Positions 41,042 to 53,637 of a stretch of 64,000 nt of DNA are shown in pieces; the stretch's first letter is position 1, and each line of letters starts with the position of its first letter. The notes beneath the pieces are model-generated. The model had not been told where the DNA came from and made no database searches. It saw only the letters and a program-made list of their open reading frames with translations. This DNA comes from Selaginella moellendorffii (Eukaryota > Plantae > Lycopodiophyta). The stretch covers positions 416,181-480,180 of the forward strand of contig NW_003314311.1 in NCBI RefSeq assembly GCF_000143415.4. Reading direction: 5' to 3'. A program made the position numbers and the translations under genes.

Positions 41042-41756
41042 TCAGCTGCCCCGAGCACGCAGCGTGAGCGTCAGCCGTATACAGATGAGCGCCACCAGGC
41101 GGAGGATGGTGCACGGGCAGCCCGCAAGTTGGTTGTCGGGGCCGAAACACTCGGGGGTGGAAGCGATAAGATGAGATGGTGGTCGACTTTTCAGGGTGGG
41201 GGTGGTGGGGGACGTCGCCGCCGCCGCCGCCACAAACGAGAGCGCGGCACTGGATCTAGGAGCACAAGAGGAGCCGCCGGGGAGGAGCGAAGAGGCGGCG
41301 GCGATTGAGTCGGCGGAATCGGAGATTGATCGTCGGGAGGCGATCGCAGCTCCGTCGCTCAAGGCGCCTCCTCCATCGCCGGAAGTGGACGCGGCCATGG
41401 CGGCTGGGGACGCCGAGAGGCAACCAAAGCAGCAACAGGGCCATCACCACCACCACCGGATCCGCCAAGAACATGGCCCGTCACTCGGTGCTGGAGCGGT
41501 CGCTCTGCGCCGCCGGATCCAAAGGGGCGTAGCGGTGGAGGAGCCCGAGGAGGAGGAGGAGGCGGAGGGGCGGAGGGGCAAGTGCTCGACGTGAAAGCGC
41601 CACCAGGTGGAGGTTGGTGCACGGGCAGCAGCACAGCGCCGCGCAGTCGCCCGGCCCCGACAACGAACTTGCCCGAGCTCGCTTCGAGCCCGTGACCATC
41701 TTTCTCCGAGCGTACAAGCGTTTCGAGCTCCCGACCTCCATCTCTGTCTCTCTCAC
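41042..41756 (-). pseudogene. Duplicated fragments of a plant Cys-rich (CAAxCCCPC) uncharacterised protein family
   Basis: GDCAALCCCPCTNLHLVAL (ORF 41481-41756) and AGCPCTILRLVAL (ORF 41042-41398). DNA repeat GCGCCACCAGGYGGAGGWTGGTGCACGGGCAGC at ~41089 and ~41598. Confidence 0.5.
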
Positions 41757-42144
41757 TGTCGGAGCAAGAACAGACGCGTCTCTCTCTGTGGCATCACACG
41801 AGAAAGCCAGAGGTTTGGCATTTTACTTCGTGTTTGGTCACGGATCTGACGATTCCATATTACACGGCAGCCTGTGCTTCAGTTTTGAGCAACTCAAGTG
41901 TGTTCCACCGCTTCTTCCGGAGAACGAGAAAACGTTTTTTTCTTCGTTAGGTTGAGGGTTTAAGAATTATAAATACTAGTTGTTTTAATATATATTTGAA
42001 CAAATCTACAAACTTTCCTAACTCGTATTGTGTAGTGGATATTCTCAAAATATATTGACATATTCTAAATGTGTAATCAAGAACTGTAAGTAACCAAAAC
42101 TTGTAACATAAACGACAAGAGAAGAAAGCTCACAGCATTCTTTG

Positions 42145-42908
42145 CTAGCTAAGTTGGTTTTCTAGTGTGGCTGTCGATTCCTGGAGGAGTAATCTTGCCT
42201 CGTTCCTTCTCCTGACAAAATCACAGAGAAAAACTATGATAAAAACGAATCCAGTGCTTACTTGCGAACTTCTTCCACGGCTTGCTTTCGTCTTTGCACT
42301 TGTGTCTCCAGAATGCGAATAAGTGTCGCTCTGGCCTGGAGAACAGTGTTTTCCATGAGCGAAAGAACGAAAAACTTGAGAAAAAGAGAGATTTTTTTTT
42401 TTCCAAACCTGGTGTGGCCTGAGTGAATTCAGCAAGTGATGCATGTTTCTGAGAATGAGCCCCATGTCTTCCACTCTCCGAGCATACTGCGAAGGCCTCT
42501 CCACCAAAACATCGGCGAGCTCCATCATCTGGAGCACAAGCTCCCGGTTCAAAGCCTTGAGCTCCTTCTTGTAGTCTAAACTCCCAAAGTTTGAGGCAAT
42601 CCACTCGTAGAAAAAAAGAGAAAAATCTTGGTCGAGTCTCGACTAACCAATGTTGGGTCCTTTGGGGTACAGTTGCCGAAGCCCCACTTCCTCCAAGCTG
42701 GGTAGCGCATCGTCAGTCTGGAAGCTCAAGCTTGTAAGAGAAGGAAAAGAAAAGAGGAGAAAGAGGGTCTCTTAACTGTGTAGGTGTTGCCAAAGACGCT
42801 GTAGGTCCCCTGGAGCGGCGAAGGCGGCGATGGCGCGGAGGTTTGATCCTTGTAGAGCTTGTAATAGGGAGGCGGGGGCGGATATGCAGCAGACGTTGTG
42901 GCAGCCAT
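42145..42908 (-). CDS. MED7: Mediator of RNA polymerase II transcription subunit 7
   Basis: MAATTSAAYPPPPPYYKLY, TDDALPSLEEVGLRQLYPKGPNI, DYKKELKALNREL, RVEDMGLILRNMHHLLNSLRPHQARATLIRIL. Confidence 0.95.
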
Positions 42909-44094
42909 AGCTAGGGCTACTTATTCCCGAATGTTCTTTTTCATTTAAAATTTTTACCAGCTGCGCTCGTAACCCGGTCCTGCTGATCATCGATGTACAA
43001 CCCTGGGAGCTCGCAATCAACACTCCATCGAAAGCGTCAAGGAGGACGCCACGCATGAACACGTATTCTTACCAATCGTAAGCACCTATGATGAATGAAG
43101 CCTTTTGAAACTTCATTGAAGGTCGTGCTTTACTTTGTGTTTTGAGCATTTGTTACGAAATGTGGAAGGATGTTTATCAACACTTCCTACCAAGGTCAGA
43201 ATTGACAGAAAATAAATAGAGAAGTTTTTTACTGATCAGCTTACTTAAACCAATGCTTCAATCAATTGCCACAAACAACTAAGGTTTTTATGTGAAGACA
43301 TAAAGAATCCCATGATTCAGTGGTCTTCATCCACATATACTGTTTACATGGGCTCATGGCAGTCCCCAAGCGGTTATGTTCTTAACCTGCCAAATGAGAG
43401 TGGGCTTTAGTGGTGAGTAAAGAAACAACATCCAGTAAAAGTGATACAACATGTTCTCATCACAGAACTCTTGAAATAATGTTTGGCCAAAGTTGGATCA
43501 CATTGAGCCAGTGTTACACATTGTTGCCTAATTGATAACATGTCCAAAAGGATACTGTGTCTGAATATAATCAGATGTTTGTAATCTCTATTGTAAAACT
43601 TAAATTTACTTTTTGCTCCTATGATTTATGTAAAATATAAATTATAATTTTAAAATAAACTAAAAATTACTAATAATATAATAAAACTTATTAAACACTT
43701 TTCATCATAGTAAATTAAAATTTAATCAATTAATGCATTAATAATTCTGACTTGAACCGCTGATGTGCCTCATATAAGCATGAACAGGTAATATATGATA
43801 AAATATTTCTAATGTAAAACTATTATGAGATTCCCAAGTTTTATTATGAGTTTATGACATAATTTCAATAAATGTTTTTCAAGAAATAAGATCATATATG
43901 CATTTAGAAAAGTTTTTTACCTATAAAAACTGTGTAAGTATTAATTTAAATTGACTTGTATTATTTCAATGTTTAAAAACTTAAAATACACTATAAATTG
44001 CAAATATTAAAATTTCAGTTTATATCTTTTTACTTATCTTCTTTATGAAAGAAAAATATAATATGAACAAAAATATATGGCTATAAGGTTCAAG

Positions 44095-46640
44095 TGTATG
44101 GCTACAATGCCATATACTAATATTAATATAATGAATTTTGATAGCTGTTAGATTGGTTTTAATCCGAACCATTTGCTCATATATATAAACTAGGGTTTTT
44201 GGGCTAATTGATATGCATATTTCTGTATTTCATTTTCATCTTCCATGCACTCACATTGATGGAGGTGAGGGGCAGTTTTAATTATCTCTAAAAAGTGCTT
44301 AAATTTGGGATTTTAGTTTAAATCTAACTTTTGCATCATATAAATCTCTTTTTCCTTATAACTTTTTCAATTTCTTCTTTTATGGTTTTTCCTTTTTGTT
44401 CATCTTTATGGCAAAGTAGCAATGTCTTCTTCCTTTGACTCTAGAGTAGCAATTGGTATAGTTGTTTGATGCTATGTAGTTGCAATTGAACAATCAAACT
44501 TAATTAATAGTGACATTCATAATATATGGTATAGCTCTTCTTGCTCTTACTACTAATCTTTATGTTTGGCTGAAGTTTTTTTGTGGGAATCTTAAGGATG
44601 ATATGTACCATTGGTTTGATCACTTTACGATGACTATCACATATTATTCTTGGGATGATATTTATATGAGTTTCCTATGTATCTCCAAGGGATGACACTA
44701 CAATAGCACAACAACCACTTATGCAAGTTAGAGCATTTTCCAGAATGTCTTCAAATGCACATTTAGACATGCTAATGATTGTGATGATGCCTTTTAATAA
44801 TTGCATTGTCTTTGTCAAAGGCTATCTGAGTTAGTGATGCAATTTAGTATTTGTTTCTGAAGCATCTTGCTTTGTGCAGAGCCAAATATGTTAAAGTGAA
44901 TCAGATTGAAATGTTGTGGCCTGCACTTCTTCAAGATTTTGTAAGACTTTTGCATATACTTGCTGTAGCCACCTTTGACAATAATCTTCACTTAGCACAA
45001 TGTTATGAGACATCACTTTTTCCACTTCTTATTATATACCTTTCAGCTTTACTTTATATAGGAGATGATTTTGTTCCAATGGAGGTTCATACTAATGCTA
45101 CCCAAATTCAAGGACAAGGGTGAGGACATGGTCATAGTTATGATATCCTGTGTTAGGTGTGTGATGAAGTTGGTCATACTTATTGGCATGGTCGACATTT
45201 TTTAAATTGGCGACCTCCATTTCTTAGGTGGAGACTTTGGCGTCAACAATGTTTTGTTGGTGCTGCTAAACTATGACCATGTCTTCGGGGCTTCTTTAGC
45301 CTACGACACCTCGGCGAGTTGGTTCCTTACATTCGGAACATCGTGGCCCTACGCGGGCCTCATGGGCACCCAAGTAGTTTACTTGGAGCTACATTGTCCT
45401 TCCTCATACAAACTGGTAGTTTATTTAGATAACATATTGTGAGTTTAGTGCTAAAGATTGCAAAGCATTGTCACGGTGGGGCTTGGTAATCCTCCAAGTG
45501 TCAATCAAGAACTACTTTATAAATCCATATAAACGAAAATGAGGAAGAAGCAATTGTGTAAAACAATCTCACCTGACTTTCTAGAGTATCTTCAAAGGGT
45601 TCATTTGACATTAATTCATCTAATATTTACTTTCCAAGCTCATTTTTATAACAAGAGGTCTTCTATTATTCTCTTTGTGTTGGTTGATACAGACTCAAGT
45701 TTATCTTTCATTGCTCAGCTTGTTGCCACATGTTGCCGTCTACATTTGCAATGTGCAGTAGAGTTTGTTTTCATTCTTTATGGCAACGGCCATACACACG
45801 CATGTGCACGAGATGAGGCAGATCTAGTTGTGTGTGTGAGTGATCTTAAGCTTGAGTTGTAGTCATTTCAGGTCGTGCCAAGTCAAACTTTAGACCTCAT
45901 CTACAAATCAGCGGAGGTGAACTACTCCACAACAGAGGAGTGTTTAATAGCAGTTTAGGGTTTCGAGAAACTTCATACATATTTACATAGTTCTCAAACA
46001 TTACTAAAAGGTGATCATGTTGCAGCTACCATGATTCTCCTATTCTAAGTGGGTATATAAGATATCATCGTGTGACTAAAAAGCTGTGTAAGTCTTTCTA
46101 TTAGCTAGAAATGTGACGTGATGTCATCCAGTATATGCATAGTTGTGTTTAGTGTCAAACTTATAATGCTCCTCCTTGTATTACAAAAAGACTATTGGAA
46201 CCAATTGTAATTTCCCATCCATTTGAGTTAGTGGCATTTGATATAATGGTTACAGTGGACACTTGGCAATAAATATATTATTATTACTTTTGACTACTTG
46301 ATTTATTAGGTGGAAGCTGGTACTCTTGTTAGTGCCTTTACAACTACTATTGGATATTTCCTTCTCAATCAAGTAGTGGTTTAACAATTCTATTTAGAGT
46401 GAATTCTTTCAGATAATAACCTCACATTTACAATTGAGGCATTTCATGTTTTAATGTCTAGGTTGGGGATATGTCACATACAAATATTTATTATCCACAA
46501 TCAGATGGTTTGGTAGAATGGCTTGCTCAGATCTTCAATGGGATAATTTTGAAATACATGAGCTTTAAGCATTTGGATTAAGATGGTTATTTGCTATGTG
46601 CTATTCTTTAGTGTAATGTATTCTTAAGTAGTGTAATGTA
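44095..46640 (+). mobile_element. Gypsy 5' remnant: LTR, tRNA-Ala-type PBS, gag, protease, integrase core (RT/RNase H largely missing)
   Basis: LTR 44095-44255 ending CACA. PBS TGATGGAGGTGAGGGG resembles TGGTGGAGATGCGGGG. Zinc knuckle C*VCDEVGHT at ~45150, protease LVDTDSSLSFI at ~45680, integrase PFELVAFDIM / ILSDNN / PQSDGLVE at ~46220-46520. Confidence 0.8.
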
Positions 46641-46989
46641 CAAGTCAAGATCTAGAAAATGGCGGCAGGGTTTCCCTTCCAGTTGCAACATTATATTCCC
46701 GAGAACTTATAAAACTTTCATGGTGGTTTTTATGTGAGGCCACTCCACCATTGTTCATCATTTTGAGTGCTCCAATGATCTCGGAATCCATCTACAGAGA
46801 AGTTTTTTTAGTTGTTCCAGAGTTGGAACTCTTTTCTCCCACGAGAAGTATATTCACATACCTCTTCGATTGCTCCAAGCGGTGGCAAACCAGCTCGAGG
46901 TGAGACGAAGTCCAAGCCAAGGATGAAGTCATCCTTTTTTATTGAGCGTTTTCCAGGCCTCGGAGATCACCTGTTGCGTGAAGCGCGAA

Positions 46990-48244
46990 CCTATCAGAGG
47001 TAACATGGAGAGAATTTTGTGCTTTTACCTTCTTGGATGCTGTCTTCTTGTCGCTCAGGAAGGCTTTGACACTTTGGCCGTCGAATTTCTTTCGTACGTG
47101 AGCCATAGTTCTTTGAAGAGCTCCACATACTCGTTTTGATCGACGAGGGCGTCCTCGTTAACTCCCGATCTCGAGAGAGCAGCGTCCACCACGGGCAAAC
47201 TCGCCTGGAAGAAAAGAGTTTAAACACTCCGAGGAAGCTCACACAACCCCAAAGAATTCCGCTTGATCACGGAATTCCTCCGCATAGAAGCTACTGACGA
47301 ACTGGTATCCAACTTTATCATCTCCAGCTATGCAGCGCCTATCGAAGGAGGCCATGTCGTCAATCCGCTTAAGCTTGCTAACCTCGAGGATGTGCCGTAG
47401 AGACATTCTGATGCTGTTCATCTCTGCAGAGTCCTCAAAGGTTTTAAGAGCTGCCCTCCACTCGTCATCGTCTTCGAGTAAAGCCACAGCTTCGTCAACC
47501 GATGCCTCCATAAACGTCCAGTCCATAGGCAAACAAGATCCCTGGAGCACGTCAGGTTTCGGCACCAGTTTGGTGGAGGCATGGAGCCTGCAGCTTTTGT
47601 CGAGCAAATCCAGCGAGAAAGGGTGCATCCCTGCATAGTGCTCCACAAGCTTGGCGCGTTCTGGAAATCTCGAGCACAGCAGCCCAAGCACGGGAAGCTT
47701 GCCCATGAAACCTCTTGAGAATTCACACCGCAGTAACTCCATAGACAACGAGCTCAGCAGTGGAGGCAATATAAGCCACCTCCTCACGAAACCTCTTTCG
47801 CTTTTCTCTCCAACATTCTCCCTCTCCCACGCTGCTGCTAAAGATATCGAACAATTCCGCCTGATCAATGATGAACAAGAAGCTCTCGCCAGCAGCTCTC
47901 CTGACCCATGAACGTCTTTCACAGACGCTAGCGTTGCAATGCGATCCAGCCGCTTGACATCCCTGCAGTAGCAAAACCGCAGCGCGTTCATCACATAGCC
48001 CACCAAGCCGTCGTCTCGATAACCCATGAGAGCGCTCTCCACGTCCCAGAAGCAAACAACTAATCATGCAGCAAGCCAGCGCCCTCAACAAGCAGCTCTT
48101 GCCAACAACGAGCGCTGGTCGGCGTGGAGTCTCAGCCGCTCGCAGTAGCTCCTGACGGCCTACAAACGCGACCTCGCCGCCGGGTCTAACCGGTGGCTTC
48201 CCAACGCCTGGATATGGAGATCCGTGATCGTGCCTGACGTGCAT
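46990..48244 (-). pseudogene. Frameshifted P-loop NTPase gene of Crinkler-associated/STAND type, possibly with a C-terminal REase-like segment
   Basis: FVGRQELL, truncated Walker A GKSCLLRALACC, YVMNALRFCY, Walker B FLFIIDQAELF, YIAST, EHYAGMHPFSLDLL, DRRC..G and PVVDAAL, spread over several reading frames. Confidence 0.55.
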
Positions 48245-48633
48245 AGCTTCACCTTGTCGATCTTAGCTATCTTGTCGAGTGCCTGCTTCGCATGCTCAAG
48301 ATCGCAAGCCAAGATATAATTAATTGATTTTAAATAGAACTTTACTGAGAGTTAATCAGAGATGGTATGAAGAGAGCGGTAATATAATTATTATAATCAA
48401 ATTACTATTGCTTTTCTATAGAAATATTCATAATAAATCATTGATTGACAAAGAACCAGGTTTGGTGTTTGAAAGCATCTAAAAAATTGATTGTCAAGGA
48501 GATGAAATTTCTTTCTAATTCTTTTCTAATATAGTAGTGAAAGTTCCTGTTACAACACATCTATACAAAAGAAAAAGCTACCAAATAATAAGCGTCCCAC
48601 TTCACAAGAACTTCTCCAAGTTCTTGGAAAACT

Positions 48634-51281
48634 TTAAGGAACTGGACAACTCTTCACGAAGGGCACGATTCCTGGTTGAGTCGGGCACGCTGCCAGTGGA
48701 CAATTATCAATGGTAGCCCCCCACCAGTTCACAGAATAGTCTCCCATCCTAGTAGCAAAGTAAACCAAGATAGCCATAAACGCAACGCCAGCGTCCAAGG
48801 CAGCTGATAGAACATAGTTGTGCCGCTGCCACCACGCCTTCTTATACCGGAAGATGAGATAGTTGAAGACAAAGCCCATGAGAAACCAGCTCCAGTAGTT
48901 CACTGCTGTTGCCGGTGGTATGGCTCCGGTGGCTCCCAAAAGAATCGGCATGTTGACGAGCCTCAGCCATCGCTGCTTGGGGAATAGCTTGATGGCGATC
49001 CAGACGAACACGGGTGCCACAGCCCCGACCAGGAAGAACCAGTTCATCTGGTTGTACTGGCCGAGAGAGCCCCACATTCTCATGGGGCCGATCAATCCCC
49101 AGATAACCGAGGCGTCGAAGAAGACGGTGTCGTTGGGACACGTCCAGGGGCTGTTTCGCGGGAGCTCGCTGGGATGGCAGATGCCTTTGATGGAGCTTAG
49201 CAGCCACCAGGCGGTGCTTAAGTTGACGGTGGCTGCGATGACAGTGCCGAGAACCTGTGCAAAGATGAACAAAGAAGTAGAGCCGAGTGAAAACTTGATT
49301 CGAGTGACTCTACCTGGACTGTGAACATGGACCTTGGAGGTATTTTCATGTAGTGCCCGAGTTTGAAGTCGGATAGAAAGCTCACGGCCTGAGTCATGCT
49401 TATGTAGCCGTAAGTTTTGAAGAGAACGTTGGCAACTGGCCGGTTTGGATAAACATAGCCGATGAGATACTCGGTGATGACGTTTAAACCGGGTACCTGG
49501 AAGCGTAGGGAAAGAACTATTTTCTTGTCAAGGAACAGTTTGCAACCAAAGACGGCTTCGTACCTGGTTAGTGGTCGCGGCGATTATGGCGATTGGCATG
49601 GTGAAAATAAAGGCGATGCCAAACGCAAATAACAGCCCCCACCATCGCAGCTGAACTGTGGAGTTGAAGTACTCACAAGTAAAAATGGCGAGTGCCATAG
49701 AGGCGAACATCATTCCTAGAAACCAAAACTGTGGGACGGTTTTATAGCGCATCATCAGCCTGGTGTGCACGTCAACCTTGCGAGATGTCAAGGCACTCGT
49801 TGTCATAGAATAAATCTCCCTGGAATGGTCGAAAGTTATCAGAAAATGCAAGAAAAAAAGCATGCAAAAGCCAAAAGAAAAAGAGAAAACAAGATTGAAA
49901 AACTTACTTGCCATGGAAGATGGCTACGTGAGCAAGAGTCGCGGTAAGCGCTGCAAACGAGGCCCCATAAGTAAACACAAAGAAGTTGCTCAGGTGGAGC
50001 TTGCTGTACGAGTTGTAAGCATCGTAGTCGAGTTGCAGACTGTGATCCTTGATCACCCTGGTGAAGTTGTATTCCGAGCCATCGTCTGCGTAGAGCCCCG
50101 AAGAGAATATAGGAAATCTCTTGGCCCCGTAGAGGTTGCTCCAGTAAGTGAGCGGCGTGACCACGTACATGAAGAGTGAGAATCCCACCATCACGTTGGC
50201 AGTAGCAAACCAGGGACTCGCGAGTGGACTGCCGAGGTAAGAAGCTATGGCGGCCCAGTCGAAAGCAATGCTGCCCAGGCCAAGTCCATAAAACCCCGAG
50301 CCTATTTGTTGTGCTGTGACCGACTTTGGCCAGGCGTAGCATACCCACGACAAGGAGCTCAAGGAAATAAACCAGTAGTCCGGGAATGTGTAGTAGCAAA
50401 AGCTGAAGGTAAGCGCGATGAGAAAAAACTGTAGTCGCGTCAGTCCACCCTTTCGACGGACATCCTTTTCATGCAAAGTCCTGTTTCAATCATAGAACAA
50501 AGAGAAACTTTATTCTAGTGTGAAGTTAGCAACAGCGTACCTGAAGATCGAGACTTGCACCAAGTTGGAAGGCCACCACATCTCGGCTGGATCCACCAAA
50601 TACTTGCGAAAGATCCCAGCCCAACCATAGCCAATGATCTGTATCACAAGAACAAGTTTTCTAGATGAAGTTCAAGAGCATAAAAGACTCTAGTACCTGA
50701 GTCGTGATTGTGATGAGCAAGCCCACTCCAAAATCCATTCTTCGCTTGTAGAACGCCTTGACAATCGTGACGATTCCCACGGCATAAGCACTGCCGGCAC
50801 CGGTGTTTGCGAAGATGGTGATGAGGACATGCTCCTTTTTGTTGAAAGCCCCCGGGTTGAGCGAAAACTCTCGGCCGAAGATCGAAAACTTTCTCGTCGG
50901 CAGCGTTGCAGCCATGAGCTTGCCGAGCGGGAGCGTGACAATCTGCGCGGAGATGGCAGTGATGATCAGAGGCTCCGTCCTGTACGCGAAGAACTGGTTG
51001 AAAAACGCGAGCAGCACGCACGACACGACTCCCAGCGTCCACATCCGAAAAGTGTAAACCGGGAGGCTGGGATCATCGCTAGTGTCGACTGTGAGAGCAA
51101 CCTCCTCGATCGGAGACTGTTCTTCTTTCTCTCCAACTTCTTCTTTCTCGGATCCTCCCTGGTCCAAACTTTCATCCTTGAGCTTGGGTTCTTCTCCAAC
51201 TTGATGATCTTGATCTTCTCCTCCAGCCTGCGAATTCTCTTTGCCATCGTGAAGATCTCTAGCTTCTTTCTCTGCCTCCAT
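48634..51281 (-). CDS. OPT: Oligopeptide transporter (OPT family)
   Basis: [29 protein letters not shown] motif [23 protein letters not shown] motif [28 protein letters not shown]-terminal [11 protein letters not shown]. Confidence 0.96.
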
Positions 51282-51689
51282 CCTCTAGACTGGCCTCGAT
51301 CTGTCTCCTTTGCGAGACCAAAGTGTGCCGACAAGTGAGAACTTCGCATGAAACAAGGAGGAATAATGTCCAAGCTGGCTGGCGCTCTTCCCCTTGAAAA
51401 CGAAACTTTCTTGGCGTTTACTCGGGACCATCTTCGCACTAAGACCGACCTCCTGGCCTCTGTCGGCGATTTGGATGAATCCAATTCGCGATATCGTCGA
51501 TCACACGGAGAGCCAGGCCCCTCGATTCACACGGCGCGTAGATCGTGGCGCGCGCCATGGCGAAATGTAGGTCCTACCCGCGCAAACCGCCTGGACGAGT
51601 GTGGATCATCCATTGCGCTCACGGGCGACCTAACAGCCTTGATAGATTTCTGTGGCATATTCTGACATAAGCTTTGACTTCAACAAGTT

Positions 51690-51759
51690 TGCACTGCCCA
51701 GGAATCGAACCCGGGTCTGTTCCATGGCAGGGAACTATTCTACCACTAGACCAGCGTGC
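51690..51759 (-). pseudogene. tRNA-Gly(GCC) degenerate copy
   Basis: Near-identical to 51928-51998, but with a 1-nt deletion in the 5' acceptor strand and substitutions near the T-stem and in the anticodon loop. Confidence 0.8.
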
Positions 51760-51927
51760 TTAGATGAGTATTCCCGTAACCTTTGATTAGATTTTAAAGT
51801 ATAATTTTATAAAATTTGCACAGCCCAGGGTCTGTTCTGCAGCAGTGCTTAGATGAACGTAAAAAGACATTAGCTACATAATCTGTAATAACCTTTGATT
51901 AGTTTAAAAGCTTAACTTTAGAAAACC

Positions 51928-51998
51928 TGCACTGCCCGGGAATCGAACCCGGGTCTGTTCCGTGGCAGGGAACTATTCTACCACTAGACCAGCAGTGC
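51928..51998 (-). tRNA. tRNA-Gly(GCC)
   Basis: GCACTGCTGGTCTAGTGGTAGAATAGTTCCCTGCCACGGAACAGACCCGGGTTCGATTCCCGGGCAGTGCA: 71 nt, paired stems, A and B boxes, downstream TTTT. Confidence 0.95.
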
Positions 51999-52186
51999 TT
52001 AGATAAAGATTCTCGTAGCATATTCTGACATAAAAAACTTTTTTAGATTCCTTAATAACCTTTACTAAACTTTCAGCTAGATTCCCATGGCATATTCTAT
52101 TGTAAGTATTAGTTTAAAAAGTTTAAACTTTAAAAAAACTTGCAGTGCTTATTTGAAAATCAAAGCTATTAAGGCTAAACCCGGTT

Positions 52187-53242
52187 TTAAACGGCGTAGT
52201 GCTCGATAGTCACCTCCTTGGCTTTGTTTCCCATGCTCCTGTTCTTCATTCGCAGTTGGATGTACTCTCCCTGGACGAATTTTCGATACTTCGGTGGCTC
52301 GTGGGCGGTGAATTCCTCGAGAGGAGCGATCTCGGTGCTGGATCCCGGGATGTGGAAGAAGGCCATCGAGAATCGATCGTTTTCTCTCCTCACCACCCTG
52401 TGCATCACACTCTTGTATCGCCCATTCGTCCACACCTGATCGATCAAAATCGAAGATCGATGGAGCAAAGTTTGATCGAGCTTTCCTTACCTGCATCACG
52501 TCTCCAACGTTGATGACGAGGGAGTTTTTGAGTGGCTTCACTGTGATCCAGCGATCGTCCTTGAGAACCTGGAGGCCGGGGACTTCGTTGAGCTGCGAGA
52601 GAAGCGTCAAAATCCCACCGTCTTTGTGCTGGCCGAGAACCAATTCGTGCTCGTAGTCGGGGGGGCAGGCCGGGTAGAATGGCAGCAAGAATGAGTCGCC
52701 GGATTCCTTGTTGTAGATCTCGCGAGCGCAATCGCCCGAAAGCCCGAGAGCCTCGAACAAAATTCTGGTCAGGAGCTTGGAGAAAGCCGCGCACTCGCGC
52801 ATCATTTCCTCCACCACGCCCCTAAAGAACAAGAACAATATGATCATAAAGAGAGAAAGATTCCCAGCCTTTACCGGAAGCCGTGCGGCGATTCCGGCCA
52901 CGCATTGTGCCGCACGCTGGGATGATCCAGGCCGAAGAACAGCAAATGCTCCTTCCGATCCACCACGCCGCTGGCGCCGCTCTGGTTAAGGAAGCCGATC
53001 GGGGACATCGGCGTGACGAGATCCAGCTTCCTCTCCAACGGCAGCGCGAAGAAGTCCCTGGTGCACTGCAAAATATTCTCCAGGCGATCGGCGCGGAGGC
53101 CATGATTCACAAGCTGGAAGAATCCCCAATCGCGGCACGCCCTGTCGATCTCGGCGAGAGCTTTCACCCTGGCGCATTCATCGCCGAGAACGAACGCGCT
53201 ATGATCGATAACAGGGATGCTCGCCTCCTCGTCGATCGCCAT
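52187..53242 (-). CDS. 2-oxoglutarate/Fe(II)-dependent dioxygenase (DOXC class)
   Basis: IPVID...ACRDWGFFQLVNHG (DIOX_N), FYPACP, iron triad HKD...HRV, RFS 2OG-binding motif, INVGDVMQ|VWTNGRYKS. Two introns. Confidence 0.93.
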
Positions 53243-53637
53243 CGCTGAAAGATAACCTAGCGATCTATCTATCTATACGATGCCCTCTGCGAAGCATGAG
53301 AATCAAAACATCGCAAAGAAACAAAGACACTAAACCCCTAAACCATAACGTTAGACCTTTGACTGCCGGAAAATACATACCGGAAGATACGTTTCCAACC
53401 GACGGAATATGCCGGGCTTTAAGCTTTGGGTTTTTTAGGGCTTTTGCATCTAAGCCCGCATTCCCGGGGCAGCCCTAGTCCTAGGGCTTGAGCGCTACAA
53501 CGCGCTTTGATCGTTCATCGTCTAGATCTTCGACCCCTCGCGGTCTCGTGCCAGATTAGCAGCTGGATGCGCGGCACAGACTTCCAGCCGATTTCTCAGC
53601 GCCGCAGCGGGAGCAGCGAAGTAGGTTCTAGGGTTTC

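Noticed and set aside
43200-43570. Possible gene fragment upstream of MED7
   Set aside because: No open frame or recognisable motif found.
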